A DNA stretch of 64,000 bases from Prorocentrum cordatum (Eukaryota). The notes under the pieces were generated by a model. It saw only the letters and a list, made by a program, of their open reading frames with translations, searched no databases and had not been told where the DNA came from. Positions 48,760 to 60,678 of this stretch are shown here, in pieces. Every line of letters begins with the position of its first letter. The stretch's first letter is position 1. Made by a program: the position numbers and the translations under genes. Location of the stretch: NCBI GenBank assembly GCA_963575745.1, contig CAUYUJ010000181.1:310001-374000 (forward strand). Direction: 5' to 3'.

Positions 48760-50255
48760 AGCCTCAGCCTCAGCCTGCCTCAGCCTCAGCCTCAGCCTGC
48801 CTCAGCCTCAGCCTGCCTCAGCCTCGCCCTCAGCCTGCTTCAGCCTCAACATCAGTCTGCCTTCAGCCTCGGCCTCAGCCTGCCTCAGCCTCAGCCTCAG
48901 CCTGCATCAGCCTCAGCCTGCCTCAGCCTCGCCCTCAGCCTCGCCCTCAGCCTGCTTCAGCCTCAACATCAGTCTGCCTTCAGCCTCGGCCTCAGCCTGC
49001 CTCAGCCTCACCCTGCATCAGCCTCAGCCTCAGCCTCAGCCTGCCTCAGCATCAGCCTGCCTCAGCCTCAGCCTCAGCCTGCCTCTGCCTCAGCCTCAGC
49101 CTGCTTCAGCCTCAGCCTCAGTCTGCCGTCGGCCTCGGCCTCAGCCTCAGCCTGCCTCACCCTCAGCCTGCATCAGCCTCAGCCTCAGCCTCAGCCTGCC
49201 TCAGCATCAGCCTGCCTCATCCTCAGCCTCAGCCTGCCTCAGCCTCAGCCTCAGCCTGCTTCAGCCTCAGCCTCAGTCTGCCTTCAGCCTCGGCCTCAGC
49301 CTCAGCCTGCCTCAGCCTCAGCCTGCATCAGCCTCAGCCTCAGCCTCAGCCTGCCTCAGCATCAGCCTGCCTCAGCCTCAGCCTCAGCCTCAGCCTTCTT
49401 CAGCCTCAGCCTCAGTCTGCCTTCAGCCTCGGCCTCAGCCTCAGCCTGCCTCAGCCTCAGCCTGCATCAGCCTCAGCCTCAGCCTCAGCCTGCCTCAGCA
49501 TCAGCCTGCCTCAGCCTCAGCCTCAGCCTGCCTCAGCCTCAGCCTCAGCCTGCTTCAGCCTCAGCCTCAGTCTGCCTTCAGCCTCGGCCTCAGCCTCAGC
49601 CTGCCTCAGCCTCAGCCTGCAGCAGCCTCAGCCTCAGCCTCAGCCTGCCTCAGCCTCAGCCTGCCTCAGCCTCAGCCTCAGCCTGCCTCAGCCTCAGCCT
49701 CAGCCTGCTTCAGCCTCAGCCTCAGTCTGCCTTCAGCCTCGGCCTCAGCCTCAGCCTGCCTCAGCCTCAGCCTGCATCAGCCTCAGCCGCAGCCTCAGCC
49801 TGCCTCAGCATCAGCCTGCCTCAGCCTCAGCCTCAGCCTCAGCCTGCCTCAGCCTCAGCCTGCTTCAGCCTCAGCCTCAGTCTGCCTTCAGCCTCGGCCT
49901 CAGCCTCAGCCTGCTTCAGCCTCAGCCTGCATCAGCCTCAGCCTCAGCCTCAGCCTGCCTCAGCATCAGCCTGCATCAGCCTCAGCCTCAGCCTGCCTCA
50001 GCCTCAGCCTCAGCCTGCTTCAGCCTCAGCCTCAGTCTGCCTTCAGCCTCGGCCTCAGCCTCAGCCTGCCTCAGCCTCAGCCTCAGCCTCAGCCTGCCTC
50101 AGCATCAGCCTGCCTCAGCCTCAGCCTCAGCCTGCCTCAGCCTCAGCCTCAGCCTGCTTCAGCCTCAGCCTCAGTCTGCCTTCAGCCTCGTCCTCAGCTT
50201 CAGTCTGCCTTCAGCCTCAGCCTGCCTCAGCCTCAGCATCAGCCTGCCTCAGCAT
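48760..50255. repeat. (GCCTCA)n hexamer satellite with higher-order structure
   Basis: Seen directly; explains the 604-aa ORF. Confidence 0.95.
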
Positions 50256-50675
50256 TCAAAATGTGGCCCGGGAATGAAATTCTGGGAACTCGAAGAACAC
50301 GAAATGGCCTACAGTTGGCTCCGGGCATCCAAAATGTTGCCCGGGAATGGAGTTCTGGGAAGTCGAAGAACACGAAGTGGCCTACAGTTGGCTCCGGGCA
50401 TTCAAAATGTGGCCCGGGAATGGAGTTCTGGGAAGTAGAAGAGCACGAAGTGGCCTACAGTTGGCTCCGGGCATCCAAAATGTGGCCCGGGAATGGAGTT
50501 CTGGGAAGTCGAGGAATTGTGTGACTGTTGCGTCCGGCTATTCCGAATGTGGCCCGGGAATGGCGTTCTGGGAGGTCAAGGAGCACCAAGTGTGTGACTG
50601 TTGCATCCGGTTATTCAGAATGTGGCCTGGGAATGGGGTTCTGAGAGGTCGACGAGCACGAAGTGTGTGACTGTT
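50254..50675 (+). repeat. ~73-bp tandem repeat (about 6 copies)
   Basis: Unit includes AATGTGGCCCGGGAATGGAGTTCTGGGAAGTCGAAGAACACGAAGTGGCCTACAGTTGGCTCCGGGCAT. Confidence 0.85.
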
Positions 50676-52958
50676 GATTAAAACGAGCCCGGCACAGGCC
50701 CGGCACCCTGCCGGCCGGCAACTCCCAACGCCTGCCCGGACCCCCCTGTGGAGTGATCTGTGAGCTCTTTTGAGTCAACTAGAAACCTATCAGTCTACGC
50801 TGTTAGGTAATTTTCCAAGACGCCTCAAGATGGCCTGCAAGATGGTCACGCTGGCCCAAGATAGCCTCCAAGATGGTCCAAGATGGCCTCCAAATTCGCC
50901 CAAGAGAGTCCAATACGGCCCAAGAGAGTGCAAGACGGCCCAAGACGGCCGAAGAGGCTCCCCAGAGGCCTCCAAGACGGCCCAAGAGCCCTCTAGGCTT
51001 TCCGACGACCCAAGACGGCCCAAGAGGCCCCCAAGATCGCCCCCATAGCGGCCAAGAGGCCTCCAAGATGGCCTCAGGACTGCCCAAGAGGCCCCCCAGA
51101 CGGCCCCAAGAGGGCACAAAGACGACCCAAGAGGCCTCCAAGACGCCCAAGATGGCCTCTAAGACGGCCGTGGAGCACCCCAAGAGGGCCCCGAGTCGGC
51201 CCAGAAAGGTTTCCCGAACGGCTTCCGACGGCGTCAGACGGGCCAGGAGCCCACCAAGATGGCCGAAGTTGGCTCGAAGCTGGCCCAAGACGGCCCAAGA
51301 GGCCCCCAAGAGGGCCTCCAGGAAGGCCATAAAGGATTTTGACATTTTATTCGTCTCGGCCTTCCGACGGCCCGATACGGCCCAAGAGACCCCCAAAGAT
51401 CGCCCAAGAGGCCTCCAAGATGGCCCCAGAACGGCCCAAGAGGCCTCCAAGATGGCCCCAGAACGACCCTAGAGGCCCCCACGACGGCCCCAAGGGGGCA
51501 CACAGACGGCCCAGGAGGCCTTTTAAAACGCCCAAGATGGTCTCCAAGACGGCCCTGGAGCATCCTAAGAGGGCCCCAAGTCGGCTCAGAGAAGCCCCCC
51601 AAACGGCTTTCGACGGCGTCGGACGGGCCAGGGGCCCACCAAGACGGCCGAAGATGGCCCTAAGATGGCCCAAGACGGCCCAAGAGGCCTCCAAGAGGGC
51701 CTCCAGGAAGGCCCGAAAAGGCAAAACTGATTGATTCCCTATGAATTTTTGAAGGGTTGTAGCGTTTGCTTTTTTCGGTCTTCCGACGGCCCGAGACGGC
51801 CCAAGTCCCCCCACAAGATCGCCCAAGAGGCCCAAGACGACCCCAAGAGGCCCCCAAGACGGCCCAAGAGGCCTCCAAGACGCTCAAGATGGCCTCCAAG
51901 ACGGCCCAAGAGCGCTCCAAGACGTCCTTCAAGAAGGCCCAAAAGGATCAAAATGGCCCCCAGACGGCCAAGAGGACCTTCAAGATGCCCATGTGTTCCA
52001 CGAAGGCTTTCCAAACCGATTCGGGGAACACATGGTCCGATAGCTTGGCAGGTCTGGCCTCAACATTCGGCCACATAGGCGCTTCCAAAAAGGCAAGGGG
52101 CGGCGGTGATTCGCTGTAGGCGTCTTCGATCCGCCGCCCCCTGTCGATTCATCGCAGGGGTGCCTGGCGTGCTGGATCCTCTCGGTTTTGGTTCTGGCTC
52201 TTGTTCCAAAAGAACCCCCCCTGGCGCGCGCTTCGGCCTGTCCCGCCGGCCCTGCGGAAAGCCTGCAAACGACCTCAGCGTCCACAGAAAAACCTCCAAG
52301 GCGCCTCAAGATGGCCTCCAAGATGGTCGCGTTGGCCCAAGATGGCCTCCAAGATGATCCAAGATGGCCTCCGAGTTCGCCCAAGATTGTCCAAGACGGC
52401 CCAAGATAGTCCAAGACGGCCCGAGAGGCTCCCCAGAGGCCTTCAAGACGGCCCAAGAGGCCTCCATGAGGTCCTCCAGGAATGCCCGAAGAGGCCCAAA
52501 TCATTATGTCTCCTTAGATTATTACAAGTTGTTCGTACTTGCTCCTTTCGGCTTTTTGACGACCCAAGACGGCCAAAGAGGCCCCAAAGATCGCCCCCAT
52601 AGCGCCCAAGAGGCCTCCAGGATTGCCTCAGGACTGCCCAAGAGGCCCCCAAGACGGCCCCAAGGGGGCACAAAGACGACCCAAGAGGCATCCCAAACGC
52701 CGAAGATGGCCTCTAAGACGGCCCTGGAGCACCCCAAGAGGGCCCCAAGTCGGCCCAGAAAGGCTCCCCGAACGGCTTCTGACGGCGTCAGACGGGCCAG
52801 GAGCCCACCAAGATGGCCGAAGTTGGCTCGAAGCTGGCCCAAGATGGCCCAAGAGGCCTCCAAGAGGGCCTCCAGGAAGACCAGAAAAGGCCAAACATTA
52901 TTGATGTCCCATGAGTTGTTGAAGGGTTGTAGCATTTGCTTTTTGTTCGGCCTTCCGA

Positions 52959-54312
52959 CCCTGTAAGACACATCTAACAATCTATGGTGGTTGCTCGTTT
53001 CCCCAGCGGCAGCTGCATTTGGAAGGACCTCATGGTATCTAACATCCCTCACTTGATCATATGTGTGTTGCAACGTGTTCGTACAGAAGAATAAATACGA
53101 ATAGACATACTTCAAACATAGATACGTTTAGATGCGATGTCCTATGTTTTGTCGATGCGGGAAGTCTGTTTTCTTCCAACTGTTGGATTCGGGGTCATCT
53201 TTATATACGAATAGATATGTTTATATAGGTTCAGATGCGATTCAATAAGGCGCCCATCGCTGGAAAACATGTGTACCAAAAACAGATGCGAATAAGTAGA
53301 TACGGCGCGATGTCTCCTGCGCACGCCCACGATCGATCATTCTCGCTCCTCGCTCCTCTTGGATCCTCTTCATCCGCCCTCCTCGGTGTTCATCTTCTCT
53401 TCTTTCGCCACATACTGAGTGGGGTTCTTGTTCCCCGCATCCTGAGTGAGGTTTTTGTGTTCCTAGAACACCCTCTCCTGTTCCTTCTCCTCCGTCTCCT
53501 TCTCCCGCCTCCCTACTATACCATACCAATGCATACTATACCAATACCACGCCGACCTACCATACCATACCTACCACACCACACCCACCATATCAGACCC
53601 ACCATACCATACCAAACCTACTATAACATACCATATTTACCGTATCATGACATACTACGCCACACCTACCAAACCAACTATACCAAATCTCTCCTCCTCC
53701 TTACCCTCCTCCTCGACTCCTTCTCTTCCTCCTCCTCCTCATCATCATCCTCCTCCTCTTCCTCCTCTTTGCTCTCCCCATCCTACGGTTCCCTGTTCCT
53801 ACCCAGTTCTCGTCTAAATTTCGTTTCGCCGTTGATATCCATCATACTCCTCGTCGTTTTTGTCGTCGTCGCTCGCCTCCTCACTCCTCATCGATAAAGT
53901 ATCCCACTATCCTCACCCCGTTGTTCAATGCTTCGTCAAGTATCATGGGTCTTGTTCGTGCAGGGAGCACAGCAAACTGCATTCGTTCTGACCAAAATTG
54001 GATACGAATAGATACGGCGCGGCACTGCCGTTCTTTGAAAATATATACGAACAGTTATATATATATATGTATATATATATGTATGTATGTGATTTCTTGA
54101 CGAAAATAGATACGGTCCCACATGTTTAGATATGCTTGAAAAATACATACGTCTAGATACGGCGGCACTCCCGCGCAGGCCAGGGGCGCGCATCTAAAAA
54201 TAGTATCTATATGGTCGTCGTTGCAGAAAAATAAAGACGATGGGCGTCTCGCCTGCGCCAGGGCGCGATCGCATCTAAACGCATCTATTATTTTTAGATA
54301 CGTCTTGCAGGG
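52959..54312. mobile_element. Non-autonomous DNA transposon with CCC...GGG termini and 2-bp TSD
   Basis: TIR CCCTGTAAGACACATCTAA versus CCCTGCAAGACGTATCTAA (16/19); GA duplicated at 52957-52958 and 54313-54314; removal restores CCTTCCGACGGCCC as in sibling repeat units. Confidence 0.82.
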
Positions 54313-57300
54313 GACGGCCCGGGACGGCCCAGGTGCCCCCACAAGATCGCACAAGAGGCGCAAGAAGACCCCAAGAGGCCCCCAAGACGGCCCAAGAGGC
54401 CTCCAAGATGCTCAAGATGGCCTCCAAGACGGCCCAAGAGCCCTCGAAGACGTCCTCCAAGAAGGCCCGAAAGGGTCAAACTGGCCTCCAGGCGGCCAAG
54501 AGGACCTTCAAGATGCCCACGTGCTCCCCGAAGGCTTTCCAAACCGATTCGGGGAACACATGGTCCGATAGCTTGGCAGGTCTGGCCTCAGAGTTCGGCC
54601 ACATAAGCGCTTCCAAAAAGGCAGATGGCGACGGTGATTCGCCGTAGGCGTCTTCGGTCCGCCGCCACCTGTTGATTCATCACAGGGGTGCCTGGCGTGC
54701 TGAATCCTCTCGGTTTTGGCTTTGGCTCTTTTTCCAAAAGAACTCCCCCTGGGGCTTCGGCCCGTCCCGCCGGCCACCCGGAAAGGAGCTCAATTGCGCA
54801 ATTGTTCCTCCAAGACGGCTAAAGATGGCCTCCAAGATGGTCTCGTTGGCCCAAGATGGCCTCCAAGATGGCCTCCGATGTCCTCCAAGTCCGCCCAAGA
54901 GAGAAAGAGATGCCTCCAAGTCCGCCCAAGAAACCTCCAAGACGGCCCAAGACGGCCCAAGAGGTGCCCAAGAGGCCTCCAAGACGGCCCAAGAGGCCTC
55001 CAAGAGGTCCCCCAGGAGGGCCCGAAGAGGCCAAAATCATTATGCTTCCTTCGGTTATTAGAAGTTTTTCGTACTTGCTCCTTTCGGCTTTCCGACGACC
55101 CAAGACGGCCCAAGAGGCCCCTAAGATCGCCCCCACAGCGCCCAAGAGGCCCCCAAGATGGCCTCAGGACTGCCCAAGAGGCCCCCAAGACTGCCCCAAG
55201 AGGGCACAAAGACGACCCAAGAGGCCTCCAAAACGCCCAAGATTGTCTCTAAGACGGCCCTGGAGCACCCCAAGAGGGCCCCAAGTCGGCCCAGAGAGGC
55301 CCCCCCAACGGCTTCTGACGGCGTCAGACGGGCCAGGAGCCCACCAAGATGGCCGAAGTTGGCTCGAAGCTGGCCCAAGACGGCCCAAGAGGCCTCCAAG
55401 AGGGCCTCCAGGAAGGCTAGAGAAGGCCAAACACATTGATTTTCCGTGATTGTATGAAGGATTGTGGCAGTTGGTTGTCGTTCGGCCTTCCGACGGCCCG
55501 AGACGGCGCAAGAGCCCCCAAAGATCGCCCAAAGATCGCCGAAGAGGCCTCCAAGATGGCCCCAGAACGGCCCAAGAGGCCCCCAAGACGGCCCCAAAAG
55601 AGGCCTCCAGGACGGCCCAGGAAGGTTTCAAGGCGCCCAATATGGCCTCCAAGACGGCCCTGGAGCACCCCAAGAGGGCCCCAAGTCGGCCGGGGCCCCC
55701 CAAACGGCTTCCGACGGCGTCGGACGGGCCAGGAGACCACCAAAACGGCCGAAGATGGCCCTAAGATGGCCCAAGACGGCCCAAGAGGCTTCCAAGAGGG
55801 CCTCCAGGAAGGGCCGAAAAGGCCAAAATCATTGATTCCCCATGCGTTTTTGAAGTAGCATTTGCTTTGTGTTCGGCCTTCCGACGGCCCGAGACGGCCC
55901 AGGCGCCCCCACAAGATCGCCCAAGAGGCCCAAGACGGCCCCAAGAGGCCCCCAAGAGGCCCCCAAGACGGCCCAAGAGGCCTCCAAGACGCTCAAGATG
56001 GCCTCCAAGACGGCCCAAGAGCCCTCCAAGACGTCCTCCAAGGCGGCCCGAAAGGGTCAAAACGGCATCCACAGCTGAGCTTCAAGATGCCCACGTGTTC
56101 CCCGAAGGCTTTCCAAACCGATTCGGGGAACACATGGTCCGATAGCTTGGCAGGCCTGGCCTCAACGTTCGGCCACATAAGCGCTTCCAAAAAGGCAGGG
56201 GGCGGCGGCGATTCGCCGTAGGCGTCTTCGATCCGCCGCCCCCTGTTGGCTTGCCACAGGGGTGCCCGGCGTGCTAGATCCTTTCGGTGCTAGAACTCCC
56301 CCTGGGGCTTCGGCCCGTCCCGCTGGTGCCCCGGAAAGGAACTTAATCCCATTGCTTTCCTCCAAGACGGCTCAAGATGGCCTCCAAGATGGCCTCCAAG
56401 ATGGCCCCAAAGTCCGCCCAGGATGATCCAAGACGGCCTCCAAGACGGCCCAAGACGACCCAACAGGCCTCCAAGAGGTCCTCAAGGAGTGCCCGAAGAG
56501 GCCAACATCAGTGATTTTGCTTCGGGTTTTGAAAGATTTGGGCATTTGTTTCTCTTCGGCCTTCCAACGGCTCAAGACGGCCCAATAGGCCCCTCAAGAT
56601 CGCCCTAAGATCGCCCACGAGGACTCCAAGATGGCACCGTGACAGTCCAAGAGGCCCCCAAGACGGCCCCAAGAGGCCTCCAAGACGGCCGAGGTGGCCT
56701 CCAAAACGGCTACGATGGCCCCAAGATGGCTCCAAGACGGCCCAAGATGCAACACGGCCTAAGATGGCCTCAAGATGGCCCAAGTCGGCCCAAGAGGCTC
56801 CCACGAGGCCTCCAAGACGGCCCAAGAGGCCTCCAAGAGGTCCTCCAGGAGGGCCGACGAGGCCAACATCATTGTTTTTCCTGTAGGGTTTTGAAAGATT
56901 TGGGCATTTCCTTGTTGTCAGCCTTCCGACGGCTCCAAATGGCCCAAGAGGCCCCCAAGATCGCCCCAAGGTCGCCCACGAGGCCTCGGAGATGGCCCCA
57001 TGACGGCCCAAGAGGCCCCCAAGACGGCCTCAAGAGGCCTCCAAGAGGCCTTCAAGACGGCCACGGTGGCCTCCAAGATGGTTAGGATGGCCCCCCATGA
57101 TGCCTCCAAGACGGCCCAAGATGCATCGAAAACGGCCTTAGACGGCCCAAGACGGCCCAAGAGGCCTCCAAGAGGTCGCCCAGGAGGGCTCGAAGAGACC
57201 AACATCAGCGTTTTTGTTCCTGAGGGTTTGACGGATTTGGGCATATGCTTCTTTTCGGCATTCCGACTGCTCAAGGCGGCCCAAGAGGCCCCAAGATCGC

Positions 57301-60300
57301 CCCAAGATCGCCCAGAAGGCCTCCAAGATGGCCCCGTGACGGCCCCAAAAAGCCCCCAAGACGGCCCCAAGAGCGCCCCCAAACGGCCCAGGAGGGGTCT
57401 AAGACGCCTAAGATGGCCTCGAAGACGGCCCTGAAATGTCCCAAGAGGGCCCCCAAACTCAGACAGGCCCCAATGACGGCTTCCGACGGTGTCAAACAAG
57501 CCAGGAAGGCCCTAAGACGGCCAAAGAGATTCCCAAAAAGCCACCCAAAGGCCCCCAGCAGGCCCAAGGGGGGCCCAAAGAGGCCGACAAGAGGCACCCA
57601 GCAAGCTCCCAGGAGGCCCTACAAGTGCCCCAAGAGGCGCCCAAAACGCCTCCTCCTCCTTTTTTCCTGATCATCCCCCTCCTCCACTCCTTGCTTCCCC
57701 ACGCGTCCCCCGAAGCCTGTCCAAACCGATTCGGGGAACAACTGGCCCGATAGCTTGGCCGAGTTCTGGCCCAACTCTCGGCCACCTAGAATAGCCCAAA
57801 AGGCTCCCAAGAGGCCTCCTCCTCCCTTTTCCTTCTCCTTCCCTCGCCTCTCCTTCCTCCTCCCCCACCGTGTTCCCCGAACGCTTTCCAAAGCGATTCG
57901 GGGAACACATGGTCCGATAGCTTGGCCGGCATCTGGCCTCAACGTTCGGCCACATAGGCGCCTCCCCCAACAAAAACAGGGGGCGGCGGTGATTCGCCGT
58001 AGGCGTCTTCGATAACGACAACGTCTCAATACGCGCTGATGATATCTATCCGCCCCCGCATAATGTTCCCAGCTACGCCAAGACAGCGCCGAGACGCACC
58101 GACGCAACTCTGATATATCCCATTATGATAGAGAGGGGGCTGGCGGCAGGGGGCGAAACCCTTACATAGTCATTCTCAACCGCATCGTGGCCGCTTAGTG
58201 TCATCTCTGGGCTGTGGGTAACAAGCAACTCGGGGGCGTCTTGGGGCCTAGTGGGGCGTCTGCTATCCTTCTGGTGGTCTCCGGGGCGCTCTTGGTGAAT
58301 CTTGGGCGGCATGGTAACGACGTGGAATGGGGCCATCGTGGCCTTCCATGCTTCGTTGGGGGCGGAGCAGGAAAAGACAACAGCATACATAGTTGCTAGA
58401 CAAATGACCGCCAAGGGTGCCAAAAGCACCCGCGAGTCCTATTCTGGGCCTGGCGGGGCCTCCTGGAGGCCTCTTTGGGGCCGCTTTGGGGCCTCGCAGA
58501 GGCCCCGCTGGAATTCATGTGAAGGCCTCCTGGGGCCTGGTGGCACCTCTTGGGACCTCTGGGGGGGGGGGGCGTCTGGGGGTCTCTTGGGGCCTTTTGG
58601 GGCCGTTCTGGAACTCTCTTGGGGCGGGCGCTCGTGGTGCGTCCTGGCGGGCACCGTGGACCGCCTGTGGGCCTTCTTGGGGCCTTTTTGCGTCGTCCTG
58701 GGACGAATTATAGGGTATCTTGGTTTTGTTTTCCCCTTAAAGGCCTTCTGCTATCTGCGCAGGCCTGAGTGCACCCACTGGTTGGCGCTAGTGCCGTTTT
58801 AGCCTCCCGAAGGCATCCTGGCACTTACCCCTTACGCTCGCCCACGCGGGCGTGAGGCAAGAAAAAGAGCGCAACACTGTCGCGCTGCTGCGTCGGCGAG
58901 CGGCGTGCAGCTGGATGCCAAGAAGTGCCGCGTGACCAATGGTGGACTGTGTTGTGTTCAGACCCAATCGTGTCGCTTGGCTTGGGGCCCTCTGGGGACT
59001 CCACTTGAAACCCTCTCGGGGCGTCTCGAGGGTCCTCTGTCGCAGTTTCGAGGCCACCTTGGGTGTCTGGGAATGCTCGTGGGCAGTATCTAGGCGGACC
59101 GCCTTGGAAGCTTCTTGTCTCGACATCTGGGGGGAGCTCTGGGGGGAGGGGGGGGGCAATTCCAAATTGTAGGTTGGGCGTGCTGGCATTTCGGCCCCAT
59201 GTTCCTTGCCCGGGTAGGTGTACATATGCACGCATGGGCTCCATGGATATACGAACTTGCGCCAATGGCCCAAGTGGACATGACAGAGCAACTGTCAAGA
59301 TGCTACCGACTGATGTGGGAACTGGATCCTCATATCCTCGACGTCGTTGTCGAGAGAATTTCGAACAGGGTCGCCGCGCGACAACGACAGATAAAACGAC
59401 AAAAAGCCTGTCGGCACAGCTGCAACTAATCCGTTGCCGCAGCTAGCGCCCAGTCGCGACTGGATGAGGCAGGAAACGAAGAAGGACAGGAGTAAGGAAT
59501 GAGACAGGAACGGGACTTGGCGACGACGTCATCATCGAAAGTCCACTTAGAGGGGGAGAGACGTTCTAAATCCAATCATCTTGCATACGGGCCAGCGCTG
59601 GGGTTGGTTACCCTAGTCCTGCTCGTCCTCCTCGTCCTTATCTATCTTCTGCTGCTCATCTTCGTCGTCCTCTATTTGGTGGTCTTCCCTCATTATCTAC
59701 CTCTTCCGCCTACTCTACCCATTATCCCGGACATGTTCATTCTGCTCCTGTCCCCTCCCCCATTCGCCCTCCTCCTCCTCCTCCTCTCAACTCCTCCTCT
59801 CCTTCCTCTTTATCCCTCCCTTCCACATTCAGATTATCACATGTAGCTTCTTCGTCATCGTCACAATCCTTCCGGAGTCTTGCCGCGCAGCGTCGCCAAC
59901 CCTCGCAGCGGTGACCGACTGGTGGCAGACAGGTGATCCACGGGCGTCATCTCAGCGGTGCGGCGAGGCTGCTAGGAACCATCTTGACCCTCGCTGGCCC
60001 ACACTGGGTGAGGAGGACGAAGAGGACGAAGAGGAAAAAGGCGGACATAGGAGCACAAGAGGAATATAAACGCTCCGACCAACGAGATGCCGCAGGGCTC
60101 AGCCACGACCAGCCACCATGCGGCAAACATGACCCAGGTCAGCGTGTACATGCTCAAACCTACGCGGCTCCCGCTGCTAGTCCTTCGTCCCCCGCTGCAG
60201 GGGGCTCAGGAGGGGAGGGGGAGGAGGGGAGAAGGATTGGATTGGATCGCGCTTCGTTGAATGTGAGTCTGCCTGCCAGAGGGAGAGCAAAGGAGAAGGA

Positions 60301-60678
60301 TGATGAGGATGGGTCAGGATGGGCAGTACGCTGCGGCGCGCAAAGTGGGAGGAGCAGGATGAGGAGGAAGGGAGCTACACCGCAGACCCCGACCTGCACT
60401 CGCATGCGGCTCCCCTTCTCAGGACAGCGTTTCGTGGCCTCATCGGGAGCTCCACCGAAGGCCCCAGTGGCTGCACTTGCATGCGGGTCCCCCACCGGGG
60501 ACAGCGTTCCGTGGCCCCATACGGAGTTTCTTACTCATCCTACTCCTCCTCCTGCTCCTCCTCCCCCCCCCTGCTCCTCCTCCATCCTCGTTTGTGCCAC
60601 CCTCCATCTCGAGTGGCCGTGACTGGATTGCAGGCGGCGCACATCATGTTTTTCTCGCAACGGAAACTTAGAAAATGA

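Larger units (their letters stand above)
48608..50808. mobile_element. Putative non-autonomous element with 11-bp inverted repeats, carrying satellites
   Basis: ACCTAACAGCG (48618-48628) / CGCTGTTAGGT (50798-50808); flanks AATTATCC / AATTTTCC. Sits at a unit junction that is uninterrupted at about 52281-52300. Confidence 0.55.
47135..58013 (+). repeat. Head-to-tail array of ~1.5-kb CCAAG-rich composite repeats, each ending in a conserved structured module; interrupted by two insertions
   Basis: Units at about 47135-48600, 50815-52290, 52290-54785 (interrupted), 54805-56345 and 56345-58013; shared tail CCGATTCGGGGAACACATGGTCCGATAGCTTGGC...GGCGGCGGTGATTCGCCGTAGGCGTCTTCGAT. Confidence 0.88.

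Noticed and set aside
48710..50524. 604-aa ORF
   Set aside because: Translation of a stop-free GCCTCA satellite plus a 73-bp repeat; also not a recognisable telomeric repeat.
47135..57700. Numerous 100-290 aa ORFs (PRRPKRPP / LGPSWA types)
   Set aside because: Translations of the CCAAG-rich repeat; no domain signal.
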